A stretch of DNA of 64,000 nucleotides, taken from NCBI GenBank assembly GCA_964618105.1, contig CAZUAJ010000001.1, positions 24,896 through 88,895 on the forward strand, read 5' to 3'. The notes under the pieces were generated by a model, which worked only from the letters and a program-made list of their open reading frames with translations, was not told the origin of the DNA and searched no databases. Positions 38,593 to 48,662 of this stretch are shown one piece after another. Origin of the DNA: an uncultured Clostridium sp. Lineage in GTDB: Bacteria; Bacillota; Clostridia; TANB77; CAG-508. A program made the position numbers and the translations under genes. Every line of letters begins with the position of its first letter. The first letter of the stretch is position 1.

Positions 38593-39386
38593 TATTTTCC
38601 CTCCTTCAACTCAGTTTGTAGACATCTGATAAAGTAAGATACTAATCGTTCAACTTCAATGCCTTCGTCTCCACTCACGTATTCTTTGGCCTTTAAAAAT
38701 CTCAAGCATAATTGGTTGTATGTAAGTGAATTTAGATATACTTTATATGGGCTAAAATATAATTCTTTTATTGCCCAATAAAATACTTTTGTTTCTATAA
38801 TTTTGTTTTCTGTAAAGAAGTTAAGAATATCAGTATTCTCAACAAGTATTCCTAATCTTTTTAAATGAATTATTATTATTGATTTGTCTTGCAAATTTAT
38901 TTTATCTTTGCCGTTTTCAAAAAAATCCTGCCCATTATTATTTATATAATTAAAAAATAAGTCTAGTGTAGTGTTATAGTGTAGTGATATAATATACCCT
39001 TTTGCCAAGCCGTCTGGTTGCCTGTTTGGTTGCCCTTCTGCTTGACCAAGTGGTTGCCCGTCTGGTTGTCCTTTTTTTGGTTCATAATCTTCATAAAGTT
39101 TGATAATCTGGTACTTTGGTGCTTCATTCTGGTTTCTACCCTTTTTATATATAATATATTTTTGGGTAATCAACTCATTTCTTGCATTTTGCAATTGTTT
39201 TATAGTTAATCTCAATTTGCTCATAATCGTACTATTGGCCACACTAAATTCCCTCATGAATCTTGTCATACTATCTATGTGTAATATAAACTGGTATATT
39301 GCAATAGCATTAGTAGAGAGATTTTGATAATCTAATGTGGAATAGAATGCTTTTAGTTGTTTAATATAGTCCATTTTTCTCTCCAA
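38592..39386 (-). CDS. Phage replisome organiser / DnaD-like replication initiator
   Basis: N-terminal replisome-organiser-like domain, Gln/Pro-rich linker and DnaD-like C-terminus. Confidence 0.5.
   Translation of the reverse strand: MERKMDYIKQLKAFYSTLDYQNLSTNAIAIYQFILHIDSMTRFMREFSVANSTIMSKLRLTIKQLQNARNELITQKYIIYKKGRNQNEAPKYQIIKLYEDYEPKKGQPDGQPLGQAEGQPNRQPDGLAKGYIISLHYNTTLDLFFNYINNNGQDFFENGKDKINLQDKSIIIIHLKRLGILVENTDILNFFTENKIIETKVFYWAIKELYFSPYKVYLNSLTYNQLCLRFLKAKEYVSGDEGIEVERLVSYFIRCLQTELKEGK
39011..39071. repeat. Iteron-like direct repeats (GGTTGCC x3 plus GGTTGTCC) inside the initiator gene; tagtgtagtg x2 at 38963-38986
   Basis: Read directly; encode the GQP repeats of the linker. Confidence 0.5.
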
Positions 39387-39441
39387 TCCGTGTAAAATTT
39401 CGACAAAAAACCTCGCTGTATGTGAAACATCTATTTAACAT

Positions 39442-39795
39442 CTATTTGTTCGAGCAAATTTTTTCAACACATAAAATTAGAAATTCTTTATTTGTAATAT
39501 GTTGTTTTGCAAAAATATTACAATATTTTCCATTTTGTAAAGAATGTCTCATTGACTTTTCTACCCTACTTCTTGTTGAGTCATAATACTCTGCATTATA
39601 CATATATATCTCTTCCATTTTAGTTTTGACTATTACTGTTGATTTGACCCCTCCGTTTTTATTACATTTATTTACGACATAACTAATGGCTCTTAACCAA
39701 TAGCAAAATCCTAGAGATGAATGTTTAAAATTCATCTCGTTTAATAATTCTGTTATTTTTCTCTCTATTTGCTTATTCTTTGCATTTTCTTCCAT
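39442..39795 (-). CDS. Spo0A C-terminal (DNA-binding) domain-only protein
   Basis: LGFCYWLRAISYVV, STRSRVEKSMRHSLQNG and KEFLILCVEKI align with the Spo0A_C segments IKGYHYLREAILMV, TASRVERAIRHAIEVAW and SEFIAMVADKL. Confidence 0.55.
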   Translation of the reverse strand: MEENAKNKQIERKITELLNEMNFKHSSLGFCYWLRAISYVVNKCNKNGGVKSTVIVKTKMEEIYMYNAEYYDSTRSRVEKSMRHSLQNGKYCNIFAKQHITNKEFLILCVEKICSNK

Positions 39796-39812
39796 TGTAA
39801 AATCCTCCTACT

Positions 39813-40640
39813 CTATTTAGTAATATTAATCATTGGAATATTGTCTCCTAAATTTGTTGTAGGTAGTTGACCATTCCATTTTTCAACTAATTTTTCTTGA
39901 ATTTCTAGTTGTTTTAATTTTAAAGTTTTTTCTGTAATTTCTTTATTTTGTAGAGCCATAACTTCCGCTTCTGCTTTTGCATTTTCTACTTTCTTTTGAT
40001 TATCTACCTGAGCTTTTTCAAGTTCGGCTTTGGCTTTCTCTACGTTTTGTTGAGCTGTTGCTTTTTCTTCAATTGCTTTATTGTATTCTTCTGAAAAGTC
40101 AAAATTCTTAATTGACACTTCTGTTACTTTGATTCCATTTGCTTGTAATTTATTTATTAACATTTCTTTTATAAGTTCTGAAACCTTGTTTCTGTTTGTA
40201 ATAATTTCTTCTGCAGTGAATTGTGAAAAAGATGATTTTACACTTTCTTGAATAGCTGGTGCTATAATAATACTTTCATAATCTTTTCCCACCTGTTGAT
40301 ATAAAGTATTAGCCTTTTCTTTCTCTACTGAATAATTTATTGCTGTATAAATAGCTTTTACAACTTGCATATCTTTTGTAGAACTTTCAAAAGCATTTTC
40401 ATTTTCGTAGATTTGTGTTTTACAGTTTATTTTTACAATTTTCTCTATAAATGGTGTTTTTAGGTTTAGCCCCTCTTGAATAACAGTATCTTGTACTTGT
40501 CCAAATTTTGTTTTCACTCCCACAAAGCCTGTAGGCACTGTTGTTATACTTCCAAATATAATAATTAGCATTATTGCTACTATAAATAAAACAGATATTA
40601 ATATTATTTTTGATTTATCATTCATTTTCTTTTCCTCCAA
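39813..40640 (-). CDS. SPFH/band-7 (prohibitin/HflKC-like) membrane protein
   Basis: N-terminal TM then SPFH core and coiled-coil tail. Confidence 0.7.
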   Translation of the reverse strand: MEEKKMNDKSKIILISVLFIVAIMLIIIFGSITTVPTGFVGVKTKFGQVQDTVIQEGLNLKTPFIEKIVKINCKTQIYENENAFESSTKDMQVVKAIYTAINYSVEKEKANTLYQQVGKDYESIIIAPAIQESVKSSFSQFTAEEIITNRNKVSELIKEMLINKLQANGIKVTEVSIKNFDFSEEYNKAIEEKATAQQNVEKAKAELEKAQVDNQKKVENAKAEAEVMALQNKEITEKTLKLKQLEIQEKLVEKWNGQLPTTNLGDNIPMINITK

Positions 40641-40722
40641 TTTAATTATTATTTAATTGACTTTAAATATATATTATGTTAAACTATATAAAGTAAATGC
40701 ATATTTACTAATAGGTTTAGGG

Positions 40723-41052
40723 TTAGTTTGTAGATTGGTAGTCGTGAACTAACTCTTTTATTTTATTTAGAACTATTTTTTCACTGTCTACTGGACAAGC
40801 TACAGTTCTATCTGCCACATCTTTTAGTAGCTTCTGTAATTTAGTGTTTTCTTTAGTTAAAATAGTGTTATTATGTACATCTACTTTTCTTAAATCTTTT
40901 AACTGTTTATTTTCAAAATTTAAGTCTCGTACTTGTTTAGCTAAATTAACATTTCTTGAGTTTAGATTGTCTATTTCGTTTTTTGAGTATTCTCTGTAAA
41001 ACATTAACACTACCAGAATAATCACTATGACTAAAACTAAAAATATTTCCAT
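40723..41052 (-). CDS. Small membrane-anchored coiled-coil protein
   Basis: N-terminal TM plus heptad region. Confidence 0.35.
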   Translation of the reverse strand: MEIFLVLVIVIILVVLMFYREYSKNEIDNLNSRNVNLAKQVRDLNFENKQLKDLRKVDVHNNTILTKENTKLQKLLKDVADRTVACPVDSEKIVLNKIKELVHDYQSTN

Positions 41053-41070
41053 ATTTTCTTCATCTCCTTT

Positions 41071-41277
41071 CTATCCAAAAATCGTTGTTAGTTTCTTATC
41101 CATTTTATTTAAAAACTTCCAAAAGCTTTTATATAAATTAATGTTAAAAACTCTATAAAAAATAAATTGTATTAACAACATTGATATTATCGATCCAAAT
41201 ATTTCTGCTAGAAGCATCATGCCACATAAGGCAACGTCTAAAAAATAACTAATCATTTGCAATTCTCTCCTTTTCAT
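41071..41277 (-). CDS. Small 2-TM membrane protein
   Basis: 68 aa hydrophobic. Confidence 0.3.
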   Translation of the reverse strand: MKRRELQMISYFLDVALCGMMLLAEIFGSIISMLLIQFIFYRVFNINLYKSFWKFLNKMDKKLTTIFG

Positions 41278-41348
41278 TTATTAATTTTTCTAAAAGTTGA
41301 TTCGTTTTTCTTGTCTCTATAAACAATAAGCTTATAGTTGCACCATTG

Positions 41349-41558
41349 TTAGTTCCGCTTCTTATATAAGCCTTGACACCAAAGTCTAACTGCCTCTTTA
41401 TCGGCAATAAAGTCATCTTTTATTTTTGGAAAATCCGCTTCGTTAAAGTATTTTCTTGTTGTGACAGGACTTTTCCCTAATATTCTTGAAAGCAATTCTG
41501 GTGTTATTGTATCAGGTGCATCTTTCCATTTTAATGTTGGTTTTATTTGTCTGGACAT
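41349..41558 (-). CDS. HTH_17 / excisionase-like small DNA-binding protein
   Basis: ITPELLSRILGKSPVTTRKYF resembles Tn916 Xis-type HTH. Confidence 0.4.
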   Translation of the reverse strand: MSRQIKPTLKWKDAPDTITPELLSRILGKSPVTTRKYFNEADFPKIKDDFIADKEAVRLWCQGLYKKRN

Positions 41559-41639
41559 CTCTTTTCTTCTCTCCTATTCTTTCTTCTCCTTTATTTACCT
41601 TTGAATCAAGTTTGCTACTTTTTATGTGTTAGGTTGCGA

Positions 41640-41837
41640 TTATTTTTGTTTAAATAGATATTCAATGTTTAAATTAGGAAAATACTTTTCTTTTATTGCA
41701 AACATTTCACTTCTATTCCATTCTGTTTTTCCTAGAAATTTATTTCTTAAAGTTTCATATACATACCCTAAATCCCTTGAGATATCTTTTATAGTTATAT
41801 CTATTCTTGCCATCTCTACTTTTAAATTTTCATACAT
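41640..41837 (-). CDS. Cro-like XRE-family repressor (65 aa)
   Basis: Start at MYENLK with RBS AGGAGGTG; HTH; divergent from cI. Confidence 0.6.
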   Translation of the reverse strand: MYENLKVEMARIDITIKDISRDLGYVYETLRNKFLGKTEWNRSEMFAIKEKYFPNLNIEYLFKQK

Positions 41838-41856
41838 TTTAGCACCTCCTATTACA

Positions 41857-41998
41857 TTTTTTTGTATTTTAAATTTTATTTCAATACAGTTTTCTGTATT
41901 TGTATCTCGATAATAATACAACTTTTTGTATTTGTCAATACTTTTTTTACAAGTTTTTGTATTTTTTTATTTACAATACAAAAAAAATTTGTTATACT
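41857..41998. promoter_or_regulatory. Genetic switch region: four or more direct copies of TTTGTATTT(G/T), one inverted copy, and the cI promoter TTTACA-17-TATACT
   Basis: Read directly. Confidence 0.55.
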
Positions 41999-42034
41999 AT
42001 TACTGAAATATTTAATAAAAAAGGAAGTGAAACT

Positions 42035-42370
42035 ATGAATTTAGCTGAAAAAATCAATCTACTTATGATGCAAAATGATATAAAAAATCCTAAAGAATTG
42101 TCAGAAAAAATGAATGAAAAAAAATTAAGAATTCCATATACTACATTACTAACTATTATCAATAATGAAGTTCAAGATATAAAATTAGGTACTGCAAGAA
42201 AAATTTGTACATTTTTTAGGATTACACTCGATGAGCTTTTGGATGACAGTATACCTATATTAGATATAACCAAGCCACTAAACACAGATGGTTTAAGTGA
42301 ACAAGATATTAAAGAATTACAAGAATTGATAGAGATAAAAAAGAAATTAAAGAAAAATGAAAGGAAGTAA
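42035..42370 (+). CDS. cI-like XRE-family repressor (111 aa)
   Basis: HTH_XRE in the first 70 aa; RBS AAGGAAGTG. Confidence 0.6.
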   Translation: MNLAEKINLLMMQNDIKNPKELSEKMNEKKLRIPYTTLLTIINNEVQDIKLGTARKICTFFRITLDELLDDSIPILDITKPLNTDGLSEQDIKELQELIEIKKKLKKNERK

Positions 42371-42378
42371 ATAGTATA

Positions 42379-43227
42379 ATGAAAATTAAAAAGGTAATTA
42401 TTGATTTTGTTTTATGTTTCTTTTTTGGTTATTTAGGAATACATAAATTCTATGAAGGAAATAAAAAACTAGGTACTATATATCTATGTACTTTTGGAAT
42501 ATTTGGAATAGGTTGGCTTGTAGATCTTATTATATTATTTTTAGACATATTGAAATATTTTAATAATACAAATGTTAATAATGTTCACTCTAACGTTCCT
42601 ATTAAAGAGACTATTGATATAAATGATATTGAAATTTCTTTTTATGAACCTACTTATTATGAAAGAAAAAAATCTTTATATTCTAAAACTAAAATTAAAA
42701 AATTTGTAGATGACTATGTAGTTTTCGATTTAGAAACAACAGGTCTCAGTCCTGCTAACAATGAAATAATAGAAATAAGTGCGTTAAAATATAAAAATAA
42801 TACATTGATAGATTCATTTAATGAATTAGTAAAACCAGTTACTCCTATTCCTAGTAGAATTACTAAATTAACTGGAATTACAAATGAAGATGTTGCAAAT
42901 TGTGATACTATCAATAAAGTCCTTCCAGATTTTATTGCATTTATAGAAAACTATACTTTAATAGCTCATAACGGAAGTTTTGATCTTGGTTTTATTGAAA
43001 AATATATAAATGAATTAAATATAGATTATAAGGATAATTCTAATATAGATACATTGTATCTTACAAGAAAGTATTTACCTGAGCTAGATAATCATAAGTT
43101 AGAAACTTTAAAAGAATATTTTAAATTAGACAATGCATCACATAGAGCAACTGCTGACTGCGAAACAACTAATGTTATATATCAATATTGTAAAGAAAAA
43201 AAATTAAATAAAATAAGTAAAAAATAA
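42379..43227 (+). CDS. TM2-domain membrane anchor fused to a DnaQ-like DEDDh 3'-5' exonuclease
   Basis: GYLGIHKFYEG..GIFGIGWLVDLIIL matches the TM2 domain; Exo I VVFDLETTGL, Exo II LIAHNGSFDLGFI, Exo III HRATADCETT. Confidence 0.7.
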   Translation: MKIKKVIIDFVLCFFFGYLGIHKFYEGNKKLGTIYLCTFGIFGIGWLVDLIILFLDILKYFNNTNVNNVHSNVPIKETIDINDIEISFYEPTYYERKKSLYSKTKIKKFVDDYVVFDLETTGLSPANNEIIEISALKYKNNTLIDSFNELVKPVTPIPSRITKLTGITNEDVANCDTINKVLPDFIAFIENYTLIAHNGSFDLGFIEKYINELNIDYKDNSNIDTLYLTRKYLPELDNHKLETLKEYFKLDNASHRATADCETTNVIYQYCKEKKLNKISKK

Positions 43228-43380
43228 AAAGGAAATAAGATGTAGTATAAGCTCGCAACCTAACACATTTTATTTCCTTGCAGCAAACACTAAAAGTGAA
43301 TTGCATTCATATTATATATAAATGTATCTTCATTTTCAAGTGTTTGTTAAAAATATTTTAAAAAATGGAGGTATTTTTTT

Positions 43381-44808
43381 ATGAACAAAAAGGGATTTAG
43401 AGCTACTAACGGCGAAGGTTACGTTGGAACAACAATTCAAAAGATAAAAAAGCAATTTGACAACTCTAAAATGTGTAGTATTTGTATGTCTTGTACTAAT
43501 AGATCTATGTGTAATAATCGTATAGATTGGACCAAATGTGAAAAATGCAAGAATTGTAAAGAAGAATGTCTTAAATATTGTGACCGCTTCTATTGTAGAA
43601 AAATGGTACAAGCTCAAATAACTATTGATGGTAAACAAGTTTCTGTTGCTTCAAAAAGAACTCGAAAAGAAAGTATTGAAGAAAAAAAGCGTAAAGAATC
43701 TGATGTGCTTTGTGGCACCTATGTAAAAAAAGACAATAGGACATTATACCATTTTTGTAAAGAAGTGGAAGCAGAAAAAATCGCAGCTAATAAAATTAAG
43801 CAATCTACACAAAATAGAAATAATAATACCTTTGACAAAATAAAAAATGCCGATTTCTTCAGTAAGAGTATACAAAAAACTACTAAAACTGATATAGATA
43901 ATTTTATTAGTCAATATAAATACCTTTCACAGTCCGAATTAGATAAGATTTCAAATATCATTAAAAGCGGTTTCGAAAGAGCCATGGCAAGTGATGTAAT
44001 AACATACAAACAAAATTTTATGAGAAATTATTGTGTTCCCTGCTCCGAAAAACAAGAGAAAGAAGTTGTTGCCTTTGAGCTAGAAGAATTTATAACTTTA
44101 ATAAAATATGTACTCACAACCAATAAATTGATTAAAAGTAGTAAATGTAATTATGATAGTCGCACAATTAGAAATATTATAATTCTTTCATTTTTGTCAC
44201 TTACTCGAATCGGTGAAATGGGAGCACTTGATATAGATAAGCATATTGATTTACAAAAAAAATATATCAGTATTGAAAGAACTCTTACAGAAGATGTTGC
44301 AGGAAAAGTTATAATGGGAACAACAACAAAAACTGGTAATCGCCAGAAAAAGGTTGAAAAAAGAATAATAAACTTCAACATCTTTTCTGAAGAACTTTTT
44401 TTAATGATAATTAGAGATCAAATCGAAAACTCAAGAAATAATATCAATAATATCGAAAATTTGCTTTTCTGTGACAAAAATGGGAACTATATAGTTCCTT
44501 CAGCAATTACTAATATATTTAAACGAATATGTCGTGATGCAGGTGTAAAAGTTAACTTAACAACAGGGTGCTTCATACACATGACACGACATACTGCTAT
44601 ATCTTTTATGATCTCATTAGGGTATGACCTGGTATTTATAACATCTTTTTCTGGTCACAGCAGTATAAAAGAAATTGAACGAACTTATGGCCATATTTTA
44701 AATGATTATAGAAAAAAGAAATTGGAAAATCCGAATTTTCATTACGAAAAAGAAGATATTATTACAAAAGAAATTATAAATTTAGCCCAAAAATGTTATT
44801 TACATTAA
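43381..44808 (+). CDS. int: Tyrosine integrase with long N-terminal Cys-rich region
   Basis: C-terminal RHTAISFMISLGYD...GHSSIKEIERTYGHIL (R..H..R..Y); adjacent to tRNA attL. Confidence 0.8.
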   Translation: MNKKGFRATNGEGYVGTTIQKIKKQFDNSKMCSICMSCTNRSMCNNRIDWTKCEKCKNCKEECLKYCDRFYCRKMVQAQITIDGKQVSVASKRTRKESIEEKKRKESDVLCGTYVKKDNRTLYHFCKEVEAEKIAANKIKQSTQNRNNNTFDKIKNADFFSKSIQKTTKTDIDNFISQYKYLSQSELDKISNIIKSGFERAMASDVITYKQNFMRNYCVPCSEKQEKEVVAFELEEFITLIKYVLTTNKLIKSSKCNYDSRTIRNIIILSFLSLTRIGEMGALDIDKHIDLQKKYISIERTLTEDVAGKVIMGTTTKTGNRQKKVEKRIINFNIFSEELFLMIIRDQIENSRNNINNIENLLFCDKNGNYIVPSAITNIFKRICRDAGVKVNLTTGCFIHMTRHTAISFMISLGYDLVFITSFSGHSSIKEIERTYGHILNDYRKKKLENPNFHYEKEDIITKEIINLAQKCYLH

Positions 44809-44865
44809 AAAAAGTCGTTATAAGTGTTGGCATTACTGCCTTTTATCATTTATAACGACTTTTTA
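44809..44865 (+). terminator. Integrase terminator, 14-bp perfect stem
   Basis: AAAAGTCGTTATAA...TTATAACGACTTTT. Confidence 0.5.
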
Positions 44866-44910
44866 ATGTAATTGTATTTTCTTTTTTAATGTAATTTTAA
44901 TGTAAATTTT
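44861..44910. repeat. Three direct copies of TTTAATGTAA(T), putative Int arm-type sites
   Basis: Related copies TTTTAATGTGA x2 at 14090-14111. Confidence 0.4.
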
Positions 44911-45051
44911 AATAACTTTTAGTAATTTTTAATAGTTTTTACTTATGCTATAAAAAAATAAATAACAGCTATAAATATTGATTTTTCAATATTTTTTAAT
45001 GTTTAGTTACATTTAATAACATTTAGTAATTTTATTAAATATTAAATTTTT

Positions 45052-45127
45052 TGGAGCTTCCAGCCGGAATCGAACCGGCGACCTCAGCCTTACCATGGCT
45101 GCGCTCTACCTACTGAGCTATAGAAGC
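45052..45127 (-). tRNA. tRNA-Thr (anticodon GGT) with encoded CCA
   Basis: Manual cloverleaf: GCTTCTA/TGGAAGC acceptor, D-arm GCTC-AGTAGGTA-GAGC, anticodon loop ATGGTAA, T-arm GCCGG-TTCGATT-CCGGC. Confidence 0.85.
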
Positions 45128-45180
45128 ATATTTAAAAGAACTTTTATAAATTTTAATCTATAAAAATTCTTAAAATTTAT

Positions 45181-45843
45181 TTAAAATTGTTCGTTTGGTA
45201 TTTCTTTAATAGCTTTTTTACGAATTCTTTGAATTGCATTGTCAACAGATTTAATAGGTGTATTTAATTTTTCGGCAATTTTCATATAACTTTCTCCCTG
45301 CATATAAAAATTCAGTACTTGTTTTTCAAAATTACTTAAAGATTTATTAATAGTATTTTCAATTATATGATAATATTCCTTTTGAGTAATAGTTTCCAAA
45401 GGATCTTCTATTAGATTTGTATTAAGAATTTCTATTAAGTCTGCATCATTTTGATTATTTATATCTCTATTGTCATAAGCATTTATATTAAGAGATAAAT
45501 ATGAGTTAAGTGGCATATTTTTTTGTCTATTTGAAGTTTTAATAGCAGTAATTAATTGTCTTTCAATACACATATTTGCAAAATTTTTAAAAGAACTTTG
45601 CCTATCTACTTGGTAACTTTTTATTGCTTTAAATAATCCAATTAGTCCTTCTTGTACAATATCTTCTCTTTCTGCACCTATTATATAGTATTTACTAACT
45701 TTCATATTTACTAAACTTTTGTAACGATTAATAAGATGTTCTAAAGCATATTTATTTCCAGACTTAATAATTTCTATTAAGTCTTCATCACTAATTTCTT
45801 CAAAATTAGTATCAAATGAATAATATGTATTTGCATTGTTCAT
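45181..45843 (-). CDS. sigH: Sporulation sigma factor SigH
   Basis: REDIVQEGLIGLFKAIKSY...SFKNFANMCIERQLITAIKTSNRQKNMPLNSYLSLN closely parallels Bacillus/Clostridium SigH. Confidence 0.8.
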   Translation of the reverse strand: MNNANTYYSFDTNFEEISDEDLIEIIKSGNKYALEHLINRYKSLVNMKVSKYYIIGAEREDIVQEGLIGLFKAIKSYQVDRQSSFKNFANMCIERQLITAIKTSNRQKNMPLNSYLSLNINAYDNRDINNQNDADLIEILNTNLIEDPLETITQKEYYHIIENTINKSLSNFEKQVLNFYMQGESYMKIAEKLNTPIKSVDNAIQRIRKKAIKEIPNEQF

Positions 45844-45887
45844 AACCTTTAAGCTACCTCCTGTGCTGTAATTGCCTTTCTGTCTGT

Positions 45888-45916
45888 ATTATATATACTT
45901 AGCTTTTTTCTGTCAA
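45888..45916 (-). promoter_or_regulatory. Consensus TTGACA-17-TATAAT promoter upstream of sigH
   Basis: Read on the minus strand. Confidence 0.6.
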
Positions 45917-45997
45917 TAGAAAAATTGCAAAAAGTTGATATTTTAACAATGATATTCTAAAACTTTAATATATTTTTCTATTCCTAACCAAAATATA

Positions 45998-46030
45998 ACC
46001 CCCTTGCTTTGAAAGCAAGGGGTTCTTTTC
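45998..46030. terminator. Bidirectional GC-rich hairpin CCCCTTGCTTT-GAA-AGCAAGGGG
   Basis: Read directly. Confidence 0.6.
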
Positions 46031-46063
46031 TCCCAGTTGGAAGATTTGTGTTGGAGTAAAAAC

Positions 46064-46315
46064 TTAAAGTTTTTTTCCCATGAAGTAGACTTCATCTGCT
46101 CCGAGAGCTTTGCGAAGCTTGCAGCCGAGCGCGGTACCAACGGTAGCGGCAGAACCAATATCAAAAGAAATGTGATAAACAAGTTTGCCATCATCTCTAG
46201 TTTCGCAGGAACCAGAGCCCGAGTATTTATACCCTGTGGGCTTAATTACTCTAGCAATTGTAGTTTTCTCTGCTTCGTTGATTCTCCGAATGTTATTTCC
46301 TAAAGAATTTGCCAT
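46064..46315 (-). CDS. Conserved hypothetical protein (83 aa)
   Basis: Start at MANSLGNN with RBS AGGAGG. Confidence 0.4.
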   Translation of the reverse strand: MANSLGNNIRRINEAEKTTIARVIKPTGYKYSGSGSCETRDDGKLVYHISFDIGSAATVGTALGCKLRKALGADEVYFMGKKL

Positions 46316-46373
46316 GGTGTAAAACCTCCTAAAATTTATGATACTTATATTATAACACCTTTTCAAATAAAAG

Positions 46374-46613
46374 TCAAAAACCTGTTTTGTATTCAATATC
46401 TTCCATATATTGAAACAGCTCCTTTATTCGTTTAAGCGTAATTATTGACTGCCTTGGTTGTGGATTTTTTTCATGTTCTGTTAGCAGTTTTTGAGTATAG
46501 CAATTTTCTGAAGTTTTAAATAATAAATATCTATTTCTTACATAGTTAAAATAAATTTGATAACCATCTTCTAAATTTTTATAAAATTTCTCAAATGTAT
46601 AATTTTCATCCAT
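46374..46613 (-). CDS. Hypothetical protein (79 aa)
   Basis: ORF. Confidence 0.35.
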   Translation of the reverse strand: MDENYTFEKFYKNLEDGYQIYFNYVRNRYLLFKTSENCYTQKLLTEHEKNPQPRQSIITLKRIKELFQYMEDIEYKTGF

Positions 46614-46637
46614 ATAACTTTTTCCTTTAAATATTTT

Positions 46638-48662
<2,025 letters not shown>

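Larger units (their letters stand above)
14021..45065. mobile_element. Complete siphovirus-type prophage (about 31 kb) inserted at the 3' end of tRNA-Thr
   Basis: Flanked by the 14-bp direct repeat TGGAGCTTCCAGCC (14021-14034 and 45052-45065; the latter is the 3' end plus CCA of the tRNA). Carries integrase, cI/cro, replication, packaging, head, tail and lysis genes in canonical order. Confidence 0.85.

Noticed and set aside
39011-39071. Possibility that the GGTTGCC repeats are a CRISPR array
   Set aside because: They have 12-bp periodicity inside a coding sequence, with no spacer-sized unique segments and no cas genes. They fit iterons or a codon-level repeat.
43336-43638. Minus-strand 100-aa ORF overlapping the integrase start
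   Set aside because: It overlaps the integrase N-terminus on the opposite strand and has no SD. The integrase frame is strongly supported.
45943-46194. 83-aa minus-strand ORF spanning the GC-rich terminator hairpin
   Set aside because: It overlaps the better-supported 46064-46315 gene in another frame and runs through the terminator stem.
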